From a phage: DNA of 64,000 nt. The stretch is taken from the sequence record PV636258.1; one strand, written 5' to 3'. The position numbers were made by a program, and so were the translations under genes. Positions 47,100-56,797 of the stretch are shown here, piece by piece. A model generated the notes under the pieces. It did no database searches. It had not been told where the DNA came from and worked only from the letters and a program-made list of their open reading frames with translations. Within the stretch, counting starts at the first letter, position 1. Every line of letters begins with the position of its first letter.

Positions 47100-47404
47100 T
47101 CCAGTTCTTCATTGTCAGAGATTCTTACCAGAAACGCCTGGTCTCTGTTTGCTTCAAGATCAACGAATCTTCGACTTCCGATAGCTTCAATTTTCCACCA
47201 ATCGAAAGAACACCAATTCTTGATGATACATTTGATAGCTTTTTGCTGCATACTACAATGAGCGCGGCGATAGCGTTCCTTGTATTTCTTTGTCCAACCG
47301 TGGTTGTCCGCCTTGTGATCATAAATAAACATCAGGCGAATAGCTTTGTACAGGCGCTTTTCAGCGCCCTTAGATTTCTTCGATACCCTGATCATGATAT
47401 GCAT
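47096..47404 (-). CDS. Hypothetical basic protein
   Basis: 102-aa ORF, K/R-rich. Confidence 0.4.
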   Translation of the reverse strand: MHIMIRVSKKSKGAEKRLYKAIRLMFIYDHKADNHGWTKKYKERYRRAHCSMQQKAIKCIIKNWCSFDWWKIEAIGSRRFVDLEANRDQAFLVRISDNEELE

Positions 47405-47407
47405 GCG

Positions 47408-49741
47408 TTAATCCTTCTTAATCACTTCGGTCATGCCATTACGCAGACCATAACGAATGTTGTGCTGGAAATATTCTTGGAACTCCTGTTCACGCTGACT
47501 GATGACAAACAGATTGTTCCCACCAAATTTATGTTTCAACATCTCGACGGATTCTTGAACCCCTCGCTCACTCATGTTTTCGAGTATCTCATCCAACACG
47601 AAGAGGTTACATTGTACAGACGCCTTCAGGTTAGCGACGTCCCGCAGGGCTAATGTCACCGCCAGATTGAGTCGGCTGCGTTGTCCCGTAGACAGGGAGA
47701 ATATGCTTTGCCCTTTACGACCTGCAGCGCTCATGGTGATTTCAAATGTATCATCAACCGCAATATCCAAGAACATATTGAGTGCTTCAAGATACTCGTT
47801 TATTTTACTATTGAGGAAAGGCAAATACAGGCTGATAATTCGAGCCTTGGTCTGATCATCTTTTAGGAAGAACAGAAGATGGTTCAGGTCTTGCAATTTC
47901 TCATCCAACTCTACGCGCCGCGCATTCAGATCTTCCATTAATGCCGTGATGCGAGCGATCTCTCCTTCCAGGGCGTCAGTTGGTGTCGGCTTAACCGCCA
48001 ATTTACGCTCTAAATCGGCAATGGATGCCTCCAGAGGGGCACGGCGTGATTTCAGGCTGGTGAGTTTATCAGCCGTGTCGTTGATACTCTTAGAGAGCTG
48101 CTCACGGGCTTGGCGAATAGAAGTTGTGATATCTTCATAACGGGTGTCTACGGCCTTGAGGACGTCGTTAATTTTGGACTGTTGTTCCCGCTGTAAAGAT
48201 GTTTTCTCAACAGCAGCGACATCATAGAATCCTTGGATGTCGCGTTTTAATGTAGTGATCGCTGATTCCGCTTCTCGGATTTCATTGCGCAAAGCATCCA
48301 GTTCTTTGTCAATAACCGAAATTTGAGAAGATAATTCTGAATCTCTGACATTGTAATTCTCAATCAGGGAATTCACTTCTTCTAGGGCTGTATCAACCTG
48401 AAGAATCTTGTCAGTCAGTTCACTGATTTGTGGATAATATTGACTTTCAATGCGTGATTTGGTATCGTCCGACACTAATTGCGTACACGTAGGGCAAGTG
48501 CCCATATCGTGGAAACGTTTGATGGCAGATTCATGTCCTTCCATTTCTGTTACGAATTTGATACGGAAGTTCTCACCCTGCTGACGCCGCGCTAATGCTT
48601 TGTTCAGTTCATCCAGGTTAGCATTCCGTTGGCTGACCAGATCATTTTTACGTTCCGCGACTACCGCCATTCTCTCCCGAATTTCTTGTAATGAACGTTC
48701 TCCATCAGACACCTCGATACGCTCATAGTCTTCAGCCTTGGTATCAGCCTCATCCTGAACCGCTTGGATTTTGGCCGCATACTCTTCATTGATGGCATCG
48801 ATATCCCCTTTCATTTCGGCATTCAGTCTATTTCGAACATCTGATAATTCTGATTCCAATTTAGAGTCTTGAGCACGGGACTCTGTCAGTTGTTCCTGCA
48901 CTGCGCCGATATCTGAATTCAGGCTATTCAGACGTTCCTTCTCTTGGACAAGAATATCCGCAGATTGTTGCTGGATCATCGCATTGGAATTATTGATCTG
49001 TTCCAACTGCGCTTGCTGGCCTTTTAGATTCACATCATGAAAGGCGTAATCATTGGTGACCGTCGTGAGTTCATTCGTTACTGTCTTGATAGATGCTTTT
49101 ACATCTTCATTCATCAGACTGAAGAACCCCAAATCCCAGATTGTCTCTACCATAGCGCGACGGTCGGCAGTGTACATTTCCGTGAATGGGATGAACTTCT
49201 CTTTGCCTAGAACCAGGGAGTTCTCAAACATCTTCTGGTCTACGCCAATCAGGTTCACGATATATTTGTTCATGTCGGCTTTGGCCGCATCATTCACGAC
49301 CTGCTTCCACTGACCGTCTACCATCTGATAGACTTCTACGAAATCAGGTTTGATACCACGACGGACTTTCCATTCACTTCCTCGAGTGGAGAACTCAACT
49401 TCACCCACGCATTCCTTTTTGTTTTGAGAGTTAACCAATCCGGCTTTCTTTTCTTTCTTACTGTATGTGTCGTTGTACAGAACGAAGAATAACAACCAAA
49501 CAAGCATGGTAGATTTACCAGCGCCATTGTCATCGGATGTAACCAAGGTTGCCGAATTGCGTTGGTAATCAATTTCCATGAATTCATTACCGATGGAACG
49601 GAAGTTTTTAGCGCGACCGCGATGGAAAGTCAGTTTGTGGGTAATTTCCCCACGGATTTCAAATGGTGCTTCAACAGAAACAGGAGTGTCCGCTTCTTTC
49701 AACAGCGAACCAAATTTTGATAATAGGTCTACATTGCTCAT
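47408..49741 (-). CDS. 46: Recombination endonuclease subunit gp46 (Rad50/SbcC-like ABC ATPase)
   Basis: N-terminal Walker A DDNGAGKST, long coiled coil with zinc-hook CPTC, C-terminal signature LSTGQRSRL and Walker B LFVLDE. Confidence 0.8.
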   Translation of the reverse strand: MSNVDLLSKFGSLLKEADTPVSVEAPFEIRGEITHKLTFHRGRAKNFRSIGNEFMEIDYQRNSATLVTSDDNGAGKSTMLVWLLFFVLYNDTYSKKEKKAGLVNSQNKKECVGEVEFSTRGSEWKVRRGIKPDFVEVYQMVDGQWKQVVNDAAKADMNKYIVNLIGVDQKMFENSLVLGKEKFIPFTEMYTADRRAMVETIWDLGFFSLMNEDVKASIKTVTNELTTVTNDYAFHDVNLKGQQAQLEQINNSNAMIQQQSADILVQEKERLNSLNSDIGAVQEQLTESRAQDSKLESELSDVRNRLNAEMKGDIDAINEEYAAKIQAVQDEADTKAEDYERIEVSDGERSLQEIRERMAVVAERKNDLVSQRNANLDELNKALARRQQGENFRIKFVTEMEGHESAIKRFHDMGTCPTCTQLVSDDTKSRIESQYYPQISELTDKILQVDTALEEVNSLIENYNVRDSELSSQISVIDKELDALRNEIREAESAITTLKRDIQGFYDVAAVEKTSLQREQQSKINDVLKAVDTRYEDITTSIRQAREQLSKSINDTADKLTSLKSRRAPLEASIADLERKLAVKPTPTDALEGEIARITALMEDLNARRVELDEKLQDLNHLLFFLKDDQTKARIISLYLPFLNSKINEYLEALNMFLDIAVDDTFEITMSAAGRKGQSIFSLSTGQRSRLNLAVTLALRDVANLKASVQCNLFVLDEILENMSERGVQESVEMLKHKFGGNNLFVISQREQEFQEYFQHNIRYGLRNGMTEVIKKD

Positions 49742-49743
49742 TA

Positions 49744-50859
49744 TTATGCATCCAATGTGTTCAGGCGTTGTTGGGCAGCATTATAAAATTGTTCTGCAAG
49801 TTTGCAAACATTTTCAGGGCGCTGGATATTGTTGGCTGCGCGGATATCATTTTTCAAGACTTCCACCGCATCAGTAGCCACCATCTCTTCAGTGACTTCT
49901 ACCTTCTCGGAAGCAACAGTAATCGTCCGATCGATGAAGTTGTAATCGATGCATTTACAGCGCTTCAATGCGTCACAGAACTTTTCATAATGCTTGGCAT
50001 TGTCACGGTTCTGTACAATCACCTTAACGATTTGCCCTTCAATACCCAAAACATTGTTTAACCAATCGGGGTCGATCCAATTACCTTCAGTATCAGAAGA
50101 CATTTGTGTGTAGTCGTATTCCACGAACCGGAACAACGTTTGTTGTTCGTTGTTGGGGATAAACAATTCCCCGCCATTCATGTCGTCTACATAGAATCCT
50201 CGGTTCGTCCCGTCTTTGTGGTCTTCCCAGGTAAGGTGATAAGGAGTCCCAATATACTGAATGTTACCTTCCATCGAACGGGTATGGAAATGTCCGGTAT
50301 CCACGCGCTCGAATTTCGAAAGGAGCGCCAAGTCGATCTGACCTTTATCACATACAGAGGACTGGTACATTTTGAACCCTGCCAACTCCAGATGCGCAAA
50401 ACAGTACTTGGCGTCTGTATCTTGTATCGCTTTAATGGACGCATCATAGTTCTCTTTGTTAATCCACGGCAGTAGGAGGGTCTTGACACCTTCAATCATT
50501 ACTTCAGTTGGTTCACTGTAATAATGATAAACATCTGGTGCCAATTCATTAAGATAAGAAGGCCAGTTAATGCGATTGGACTCTTCTAACGTGATATCAT
50601 GGTTGCCGACGATGCCATTCCATTTAATACCTGCTTTGCGCAGCGCTGGCGTCAATTCATCTTTCAACCAATCTTTATCGCGACCATACATGAATTTGCG
50701 AACATCAAACGTATCACCAAATTGCCACACTTCTTTAATATCGGCGTCAACCAATTCTGGAATAAAATAATTGATGAGATAATTCTTTATGAATTCTCGA
50801 ACGTAACGGGAACCATTACGGCTCCCGATATGTAAATCACCAATTTTAGCAATCGCCAT
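49744..50859 (-). CDS. 47: Recombination nuclease subunit gp47 (Mre11/SbcD-like phosphoesterase)
   Basis: Calcineurin-like motifs IGDLHIG, GDTFD, GNHD; directly downstream of the gp46 gene. Confidence 0.8.
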   Translation of the reverse strand: MAIAKIGDLHIGSRNGSRYVREFIKNYLINYFIPELVDADIKEVWQFGDTFDVRKFMYGRDKDWLKDELTPALRKAGIKWNGIVGNHDITLEESNRINWPSYLNELAPDVYHYYSEPTEVMIEGVKTLLLPWINKENYDASIKAIQDTDAKYCFAHLELAGFKMYQSSVCDKGQIDLALLSKFERVDTGHFHTRSMEGNIQYIGTPYHLTWEDHKDGTNRGFYVDDMNGGELFIPNNEQQTLFRFVEYDYTQMSSDTEGNWIDPDWLNNVLGIEGQIVKVIVQNRDNAKHYEKFCDALKRCKCIDYNFIDRTITVASEKVEVTEEMVATDAVEVLKNDIRAANNIQRPENVCKLAEQFYNAAQQRLNTLDA

Positions 50860-51637
50860 TATTTTGTTGCTCCCGTTCTAATGCTCGTTTCTTTGCTTCT
50901 TCCCAATCTGGTTCCATAGAACATATTTCGTCTTCCAGATTGAATTGAGTAGAGCCGAAGTCATAGTCTGAATTATCTTCGGCGTCGGCGGTAATGGTAT
51001 TTTCACTCTTTGTGAGACATTGAAGTATACCGCGTGGAATTTTCTTATTCTTTTCCTCTTCTTTGATGGCGATTTGCTTTTGGCGTTCCTTTTCGCGCTG
51101 GGCTTCTTTCTTAGTTTCAAAATTTCCGATACGCTCACGAAAGTCCATTGTTATACCAGTGCTGTCTACGAACGTCTGTTGCTGGAAGTCTGGGTCATCT
51201 GATAATGCAGCGAAACCACCTGCTTCTTCAAATGAACGCAACTTGATATAATTGTGTTCTTCTTCACTGGTGAGTTTCTTGGCGAATGAACGGTCGGCGC
51301 ACATCGTTACCCAAGAGAAGAAATTGATTTTTCCTTTCTTGCCGATATGACTGACGTCAAATGTATGGAGGTAACGAAGAATGTTAACAACGGCCTCACT
51401 GACCATGTCTTCGCGGTATGGATAATCACGATAGTTGTAGCGCATACTCATGTTCTTAATAATCATCTGAACATTCATGGCCACATAATTGGGGATTCTT
51501 GGTAGGGGTGTTCCTTCGGCCAAAGCCTTTTTGCGAGCCGGAATCCAATCTCTCAATATTCCAACAACACGGTCATTATCTTCGTCTGTGAAATATTTGG
51601 TGACGTTATCACCCCTGTCTACAAAATTCATACCCAT
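50846..51637 (-). CDS. 55: gp55-like late-transcription sigma factor with C-terminal extension (tentative)
   Basis: Blocks ILRDW and EDMVSEAVVNILRYLHTFD...FFSWVTMCADRSFAKK parallel T4 gp55 as recalled; position after 46/47 as in T4; GAGGA SD before the ATG at 51637. Confidence 0.5.
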   Translation of the reverse strand: MGMNFVDRGDNVTKYFTDEDNDRVVGILRDWIPARKKALAEGTPLPRIPNYVAMNVQMIIKNMSMRYNYRDYPYREDMVSEAVVNILRYLHTFDVSHIGKKGKINFFSWVTMCADRSFAKKLTSEEEHNYIKLRSFEEAGGFAALSDDPDFQQQTFVDSTGITMDFRERIGNFETKKEAQREKERQKQIAIKEEEKNKKIPRGILQCLTKSENTITADAEDNSDYDFGSTQFNLEDEICSMEPDWEEAKKRALEREQQNNGDC

Positions 51638-51648
51638 CGTGATAATCC

Positions 51649-52176
51649 TCAAATACCAATGAATTCATTGAAAGAACCAACGACTTTCTTGACCGAGAAA
51701 CGGTTATTTTCAAGAACCATTGAACTATCTTCTTTGGCTCTAACGCTCCACTGATCCGCAATTTCGTTGCCCATCGTTCCTGCATGACCTTTCACCCATT
51801 TTAATTCAAGTTCACAAATTGAACAAACTTTGTCATAATAATCGAACAACTCGAGCAGAAGTTCTGTGTTCTTAGGCGGCATTCCTTCATATTCCCATTT
51901 ACGACGCCACTCCAAAACGCTATTGATAACATATTGGCTGTCGGATATGATGCGGGCTGGGGGAATGCAGCGTTTACCGCAATTAGAGAATTTCCATAGG
52001 ATCTTCATTGCGTTTATAACCCCGAGTAACTCAGCTATATTGTTCGTTGACGGCGGGGGTAAATACCCATAAAACACTTTCCATTGCTCTCCAGTGATTG
52101 GACTGATGGCAAATGCCCAACCAGCGGCTCGTGTCTTCTGAGGGGACGATGCCCCGTCAGTGTATATTTCAATCAT
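51649..52176 (-). CDS. Ribonuclease HI
   Basis: From the ATG at 52176: MIEIYTDGAS, NNIAEL, SDSQYVIN, WVKGHAG..GNE.AD, the RNase HI catalytic blocks. Confidence 0.8.
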   Translation of the reverse strand: MIEIYTDGASSPQKTRAAGWAFAISPITGEQWKVFYGYLPPPSTNNIAELLGVINAMKILWKFSNCGKRCIPPARIISDSQYVINSVLEWRRKWEYEGMPPKNTELLLELFDYYDKVCSICELELKWVKGHAGTMGNEIADQWSVRAKEDSSMVLENNRFSVKKVVGSFNEFIGI

Positions 52177-52218
52177 GTATAAGTATCCCAAACTGGTTTT
52201 ATCGATGAGGAACGAATC

Positions 52219-52986
52219 ATGTCAGAACGCGCATATCGTTTCAGTCTGACCGCCCCAGAAATTGAGCGTTTGCTCTTGTCTATAAATGATTCCATACAAA
52301 AGCTGGACATCATTTATGACTACACGGCGGGTGGGACTGAAGGTCAAGTCGCAGCTGCGTCAGCTGTCAAAAACATGTGGCTAAAACTTAATGAGATGGT
52401 CACAGGTGAAGGTCTTAAAGACGCAATCAATGCAGCTAACGACAGCAACGTATTCACCGATTATTATAAGTCTATTTTAGATCGCGAAACCTGGAAATTT
52501 ATTGGTTCTCCGGCAGATTTATTAGCAAGGGACGATATAGACACTTCCAATTTTGAAGGCGGTGAAGTAATCCTCCTACAAAAGAACGCTTCGGGCAACC
52601 CAGAATTCCAATACTGGAAAAGAACTCCTGTGGCAGGAGGTGATCCAATATTTGGTTGGGGATCTGTTTATGAAGGAAACTCCAACGACTCTTCTATTGA
52701 TATTCCGGTTGTTGGGACCAGCATACTGAAGACCATCCCAAAAGCATTGTTTCATATGGTCGAATTCCGAGTACATGCTCGAGAGTCTACCCTCGGTCAT
52801 TGGCAGGACACTGATGGCAAAATCGGTTATCGTGGTGAAGATCTGATTTATAGCCTGTATAATCATGTTCAAACCAAACCGATCGCAAATATATCTTTCA
52901 GCCAAGATGTGGACAATATGATTATCACGATAACGACACTTGAACCAAATATCAAGTGCCATTTATCGTTTATTGCGGGTTATTAA
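52219..52986 (+). CDS. Hypothetical protein (possibly late/structural)
   Basis: 255-aa plus-strand ORF with GAGGAA SD inside a minus-strand region; TATAAGTA (late-promoter-like) 34 nt upstream. Confidence 0.45.
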   Translation: MSERAYRFSLTAPEIERLLLSINDSIQKLDIIYDYTAGGTEGQVAAASAVKNMWLKLNEMVTGEGLKDAINAANDSNVFTDYYKSILDRETWKFIGSPADLLARDDIDTSNFEGGEVILLQKNASGNPEFQYWKRTPVAGGDPIFGWGSVYEGNSNDSSIDIPVVGTSILKTIPKALFHMVEFRVHARESTLGHWQDTDGKIGYRGEDLIYSLYNHVQTKPIANISFSQDVDNMIITITTLEPNIKCHLSFIAGY

Positions 52987-54704
52987 ACCTCAAACACTGC
53001 ATCGGTGAACCAGGTTGGGAAGAATTCTGGGTTGCGCATCATAAGAGATTCAAAGGATGAATCAATGATGTATGTCGCAGCCCAGTCATCAACACCCCTG
53101 ACCGAACGCCCACACATTTGAACAATGCGCAGTACTGCATTGCGGAAATATGCCGACGGATCCACTGAATTGATATGTGCTATCAGTGGATCGCCCAGAT
53201 AATCATAAGGGACTTTGATCAGTATTTGGAAACGGCTGTAATCCCCTTTGAAATCATAACCTTCTTCCATAGCCGGACTGGCAATGACGCATGGGGACTT
53301 TGTTCTAAAAGCATTTTCCATAATATCCATCAACGCCTTTCGGGTGCGCGGAACATGGATAAAATTCTGATATTTACTGAATTTTTGTATTGCCAAGGCG
53401 CGATCATAACTCACTGTATGGATAATGCCGGACTGACCTGGGTGGAACGCGATTATTTCATCAATATATTCCGTCAACCTTTTCATTTCATAGTCGCCCA
53501 TATTGTTAGTCATCTTCACTATGGGCATATAGTTGACTTTTCTGTTTTCAATTGGGATAGGGTTGCCGATCTGAATGGAATGATAATCCCCCTGTCGAAT
53601 ACCCAATGAACGAGCATAAGAATCTATGCCGCAGATCGTTGCTGACATATGAACGTGATAATCGGCTTTTCGGAATAACCCGAATTCACTTACATCAGAA
53701 GGCATAACAGGTTTAAACCGAATAAAATCTTCCCCCTTTTCTTGCACAATAAATGTACTTGCTTGGGTTTGTGACATAATACCGCAATAATCACTCAAGT
53801 TGTGCAAGACATCTATAATGTCTGCGAGTTTCATCACTTGGCTTTCACTCAAGCGATCATCTTCGACCAATTCTTCAAGGACTTCCAACAAATTTTCTAC
53901 TTTGAGATGGAGGTCTTCAAACATTGAATGTAGTTCACCAGACAAAGAATATAACTTGCCCAGGACATAGTCCTTGGTACGTTCTACGATATCACCAATG
54001 GTAGAGACGATCTCCTTGCCCTCAGGGATAGAACGCAGCCCCTCCACGGCCTTTGTATTGTATTCCATGATCGTGTGCTCTAGGAGCGTAGAGGGCATTT
54101 TATGGCACTCGTCAAGAATCAGCATATCGGAACGGTTTTCGGGCTTCATGCAGATGGTTGTACACATTTCGATCATCATGGCAGCATTAGTACAACGCAA
54201 TGATGAAATATCCGTCCACAAATTACGCGCCTGTACATAAGGACAGCGGCGTTTGCTACAATGCCCGTCACGGCATGCTATACGGCATTGGACAGCATTG
54301 TAATACACATCTGGATGTACGTGGCAACGATAATTCTTCTTGCCTTTTAGGATATCGATTGATACTGCTTTTTCAGCAGCATACTGATCTTGCAGACCTT
54401 TGGTCGGGGTGCTGATAGAAGTGCGAAATTGCCCATAAGGATCAGCCTGTAAAACTAGATGGCGAATCACTTTATGAATGGTAGTTCCAATCAAAGATTT
54501 ACCGACGCCTGTCGGAGCTTCAATGATGACATGTTTAACCTTTTTGTTGATAAGCGCATCTATGGCTTCGATGATGCATTCCATCTGGCCTGGGTTCGCT
54601 TTGTCATATGGGAATTCATCTTTGGCAAGGCGTTGTATTTCTTCCATAGGAACCTTACGGCCTATGGCGTCAATCGCCTTTCGGTGTTGATTAAATGCTG
54701 TCAC
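52983..54704 (-). CDS. Superfamily 2 DEAH-box helicase with internal Cys cluster (DinG/Rad3-like, tentative)
   Basis: Walker A APTGVGKS, Walker B/DEAH LILDECH, Cys-rich insert RCHVH...CRIACRDGHCSKRRC; GTG start with AAAGGAGG SD. Confidence 0.65.
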   Translation of the reverse strand: MTAFNQHRKAIDAIGRKVPMEEIQRLAKDEFPYDKANPGQMECIIEAIDALINKKVKHVIIEAPTGVGKSLIGTTIHKVIRHLVLQADPYGQFRTSISTPTKGLQDQYAAEKAVSIDILKGKKNYRCHVHPDVYYNAVQCRIACRDGHCSKRRCPYVQARNLWTDISSLRCTNAAMMIEMCTTICMKPENRSDMLILDECHKMPSTLLEHTIMEYNTKAVEGLRSIPEGKEIVSTIGDIVERTKDYVLGKLYSLSGELHSMFEDLHLKVENLLEVLEELVEDDRLSESQVMKLADIIDVLHNLSDYCGIMSQTQASTFIVQEKGEDFIRFKPVMPSDVSEFGLFRKADYHVHMSATICGIDSYARSLGIRQGDYHSIQIGNPIPIENRKVNYMPIVKMTNNMGDYEMKRLTEYIDEIIAFHPGQSGIIHTVSYDRALAIQKFSKYQNFIHVPRTRKALMDIMENAFRTKSPCVIASPAMEEGYDFKGDYSRFQILIKVPYDYLGDPLIAHINSVDPSAYFRNAVLRIVQMCGRSVRGVDDWAATYIIDSSFESLMMRNPEFFPTWFTDAVFEV

Positions 54705-54756
54705 GTTGTTCCTCCTTTGGATTCTGTTATAGTTTACCCGAATCCCAACAACGAAA

Positions 54757-54780
54757 AAGCCGAGGCATTAACCTCGGCTT
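54757..54780 (-). terminator. Stem-loop (AAGCCGAGG/CCTCGGCTT)
   Basis: 9-bp perfect inverted repeat with T-tracts on both strands. Confidence 0.5.
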
Positions 54781-54839
54781 TCTCTTTTAGCCTTGCGCCG
54801 CTGCACTGCAGACATGCGCTGGGCCGACGCCTGGTGTGA

Positions 54840-55118
54840 TTACTGGCCGTTGGCAGCAGCTTTCAGACCTTCACCGACTTTGAATTTAACTACATTTTTC
54901 GCTTCGATCTGGATCTGTTGTCCGTTCAGCGGGTTGCGGCCAGTGCGCGCTTCCTGATGTTTAACTTCGAACGCGCCGAAGCCTACGAATTGGACAGATT
55001 GGCCAGCCGCGACTGCAGTTTTCACGCCATTGATAAAAGATGCAACGATTTTCTCAGCTTCGCCTTTGGTCATACCCTGAGTCTGGGCGATGTGAGCGAT
55101 AAAATCAGTACGGTTCAT
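54840..55118 (-). CDS. HU/IHF-family histone-like DNA-binding protein
   Basis: From the ATG at 55118 (GGAG SD): MNRTDFIAHIAQ..., GFGAFEVKHQEARTGRNPLNGQQI, the hallmark HU arm motif; 92 aa. Confidence 0.8.
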   Translation of the reverse strand: MNRTDFIAHIAQTQGMTKGEAEKIVASFINGVKTAVAAGQSVQFVGFGAFEVKHQEARTGRNPLNGQQIQIEAKNVVKFKVGEGLKAAANGQ

Positions 55119-55201
55119 TCGGATTACTCCAGTTGGTTGTTTACGATGTTTCACTACAAGAGGACTACAGCTTACCTAACAAATATTATTGAATAAAGCG
55201 T

Positions 55202-55993
55202 TTATTTGCCGACGTTCAGAATTTTACCTGAGCCGGATCCGTCAACGATCAGAGTACATTTCCCGCTGTTGGCGCAAGATTGCAACACCATGTTATATTC
55301 GTGTTGTAAATATTCAGATGTCAGAGATGTCGTCAGTTTCTGATTCGCCTTGGCTTCTTGGTCGCGAATTTCAACGTTCTTTCTTGCTGTATCCAAACGT
55401 TTGTCAGCCATGACATTATCACGGATAGATTGCTCAATCGAAGGATCTGTCAGCGCCTTTTTCACCAACACGCGTGTGATTGTGAACATGCCAGGCGCAG
55501 CAGTTTCCAATTGCTGCTGGGTGCGTTCCTTGATCATCTTTTCTAACTCAGCCCGTTGGGTGTGAATTGTCATAGAATCCAAAGAAGAAACGGCGTCCAT
55601 CGTTGAGGATGCTGCGGCGGTTTTAACCAGGTTGAATCCCACCGCTATCGTGCCGTCACCGAGTTCAGCGCTCTGACCTGCAAATTTGGTATGGAACCAA
55701 GGAACCTTCGCGACGTTCGGTGTGTAATAAACGTCCACATCCAGATCTTCCAAGGTCAGGTTGTCTTTGGCCTTTGGCGTCATTTTCGTCAGACTCACGA
55801 CGGCTTCTTTAGTCGTATAGACATCTACACTTGAAACGAAACTGGTGTAGATACCTGCGGTTACAGGGTTCATGTCCACTTCACCCCATTGGGTTCGAAC
55901 ACCGACGTTTCCTTCATCGATAACACCGCCGCAGCCTGAAAGAAGGCTTGTTGCTAGGACCATAATTGCGCCAAATACCAGTTTCTTGAACAT
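55202..55993 (-). CDS. Lipoprotein with SPFH/band-7-like domain (tentative)
   Basis: Signal peptide with lipobox LLSGC; following domain GNVGVRTQWGEV...DNLTLEDLDVDVYY is compatible with an SPFH fold; coiled-coil C-terminal half. Confidence 0.45.
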   Translation of the reverse strand: MFKKLVFGAIMVLATSLLSGCGGVIDEGNVGVRTQWGEVDMNPVTAGIYTSFVSSVDVYTTKEAVVSLTKMTPKAKDNLTLEDLDVDVYYTPNVAKVPWFHTKFAGQSAELGDGTIAVGFNLVKTAAASSTMDAVSSLDSMTIHTQRAELEKMIKERTQQQLETAAPGMFTITRVLVKKALTDPSIEQSIRDNVMADKRLDTARKNVEIRDQEAKANQKLTTSLTSEYLQHEYNMVLQSCANSGKCTLIVDGSGSGKILNVGK

Positions 55994-56202
55994 CAATGTA
56001 CTCCTTCAAAAATGTAAATATAAGCACCCAATGTGAGTGCAGTTATTGTAACCGAAGAAATCAGCAGTAGGAAAGTTACTCTCACCCGTTTGCGCCAACG
56101 TTTACTTCGGTAGATTTTAGTCTCTTTCAAGTATTTGAAAAAGAAAAATAAAATGAATGTTGAAATTACGAATATGAACAGATAACGGATTAACCCGATC
56201 AT
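55993..56202 (-). CDS. Small two-TM membrane protein coupled to the lipoprotein gene
   Basis: 69 aa from the ATG at 56202; two hydrophobic helices separated by a K/R-rich loop; stop overlaps the next start. Confidence 0.45.
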   Translation of the reverse strand: MIGLIRYLFIFVISTFILFFFFKYLKETKIYRSKRWRKRVRVTFLLLISSVTITALTLGAYIYIFEGVH

Positions 56203-56519
56203 ATTTCCCACCCTGTGCTACGCAGATGATCAAAATAATCGTTGAGTTCGTCAATATCTTCGATATCAACCCAACGATCATCCAGTCCCATATCATTTAG
56301 ATCTTCTTCAGTCAGATCATGTTGATAAATCTGAATGCCCGAAGCATTACAATAATCCGGCTTGATATTGTTGTTGAACTGGAACAAATCATAATCAGCC
56401 AGAGTATTCTTCAGGCGCTGCGCTTCTTCAAATGTTGGAACCTCAACATGAAAAGCGATCCCAGGAACCTGGGGAATATGCCAAACACGAAATTTAAGTT
56501 CAAATGGTTTATTCGACAT
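56199..56519 (-). CDS. Hypothetical acidic protein
   Basis: 106-aa ORF, ATG start. Confidence 0.4.
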   Translation of the reverse strand: MSNKPFELKFRVWHIPQVPGIAFHVEVPTFEEAQRLKNTLADYDLFQFNNNIKPDYCNASGIQIYQHDLTEEDLNDMGLDDRWVDIEDIDELNDYFDHLRSTGWEI

Positions 56520-56796
56520 GTTGTTCTTCCTGCGCCAATATTACTTTCATTTGCTCACGAGTAATGATGGTTTCAACAAGATTCTCGTCAATCATCATTT
56601 CGTTTAACAGTTCACAACCCAGCACGTGTGGTCGCGCCATATACGGTATGGCGTTGAGTTTTTCTTCTATGTCAAGAACGCGCTTGACAGTCAGACCCAT
56701 AGAAGAAAAGGGAACAGGATAAAAGAATGAAATGATCTGATTATCCATCCCGTTTGAAAATCTTACCAACAATACATCACACCATACGCCGGACAT
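56509..56796 (-). CDS. Hypothetical protein
   Basis: ATG at 56796 with GGAGGTG SD; the track N-terminus upstream is implausible. Confidence 0.35.
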   Translation of the reverse strand: MSGVWCDVLLVRFSNGMDNQIISFFYPVPFSSMGLTVKRVLDIEEKLNAIPYMARPHVLGCELLNEMMIDENLVETIITREQMKVILAQEEQHVE

Positions 56797-56797
56797 A

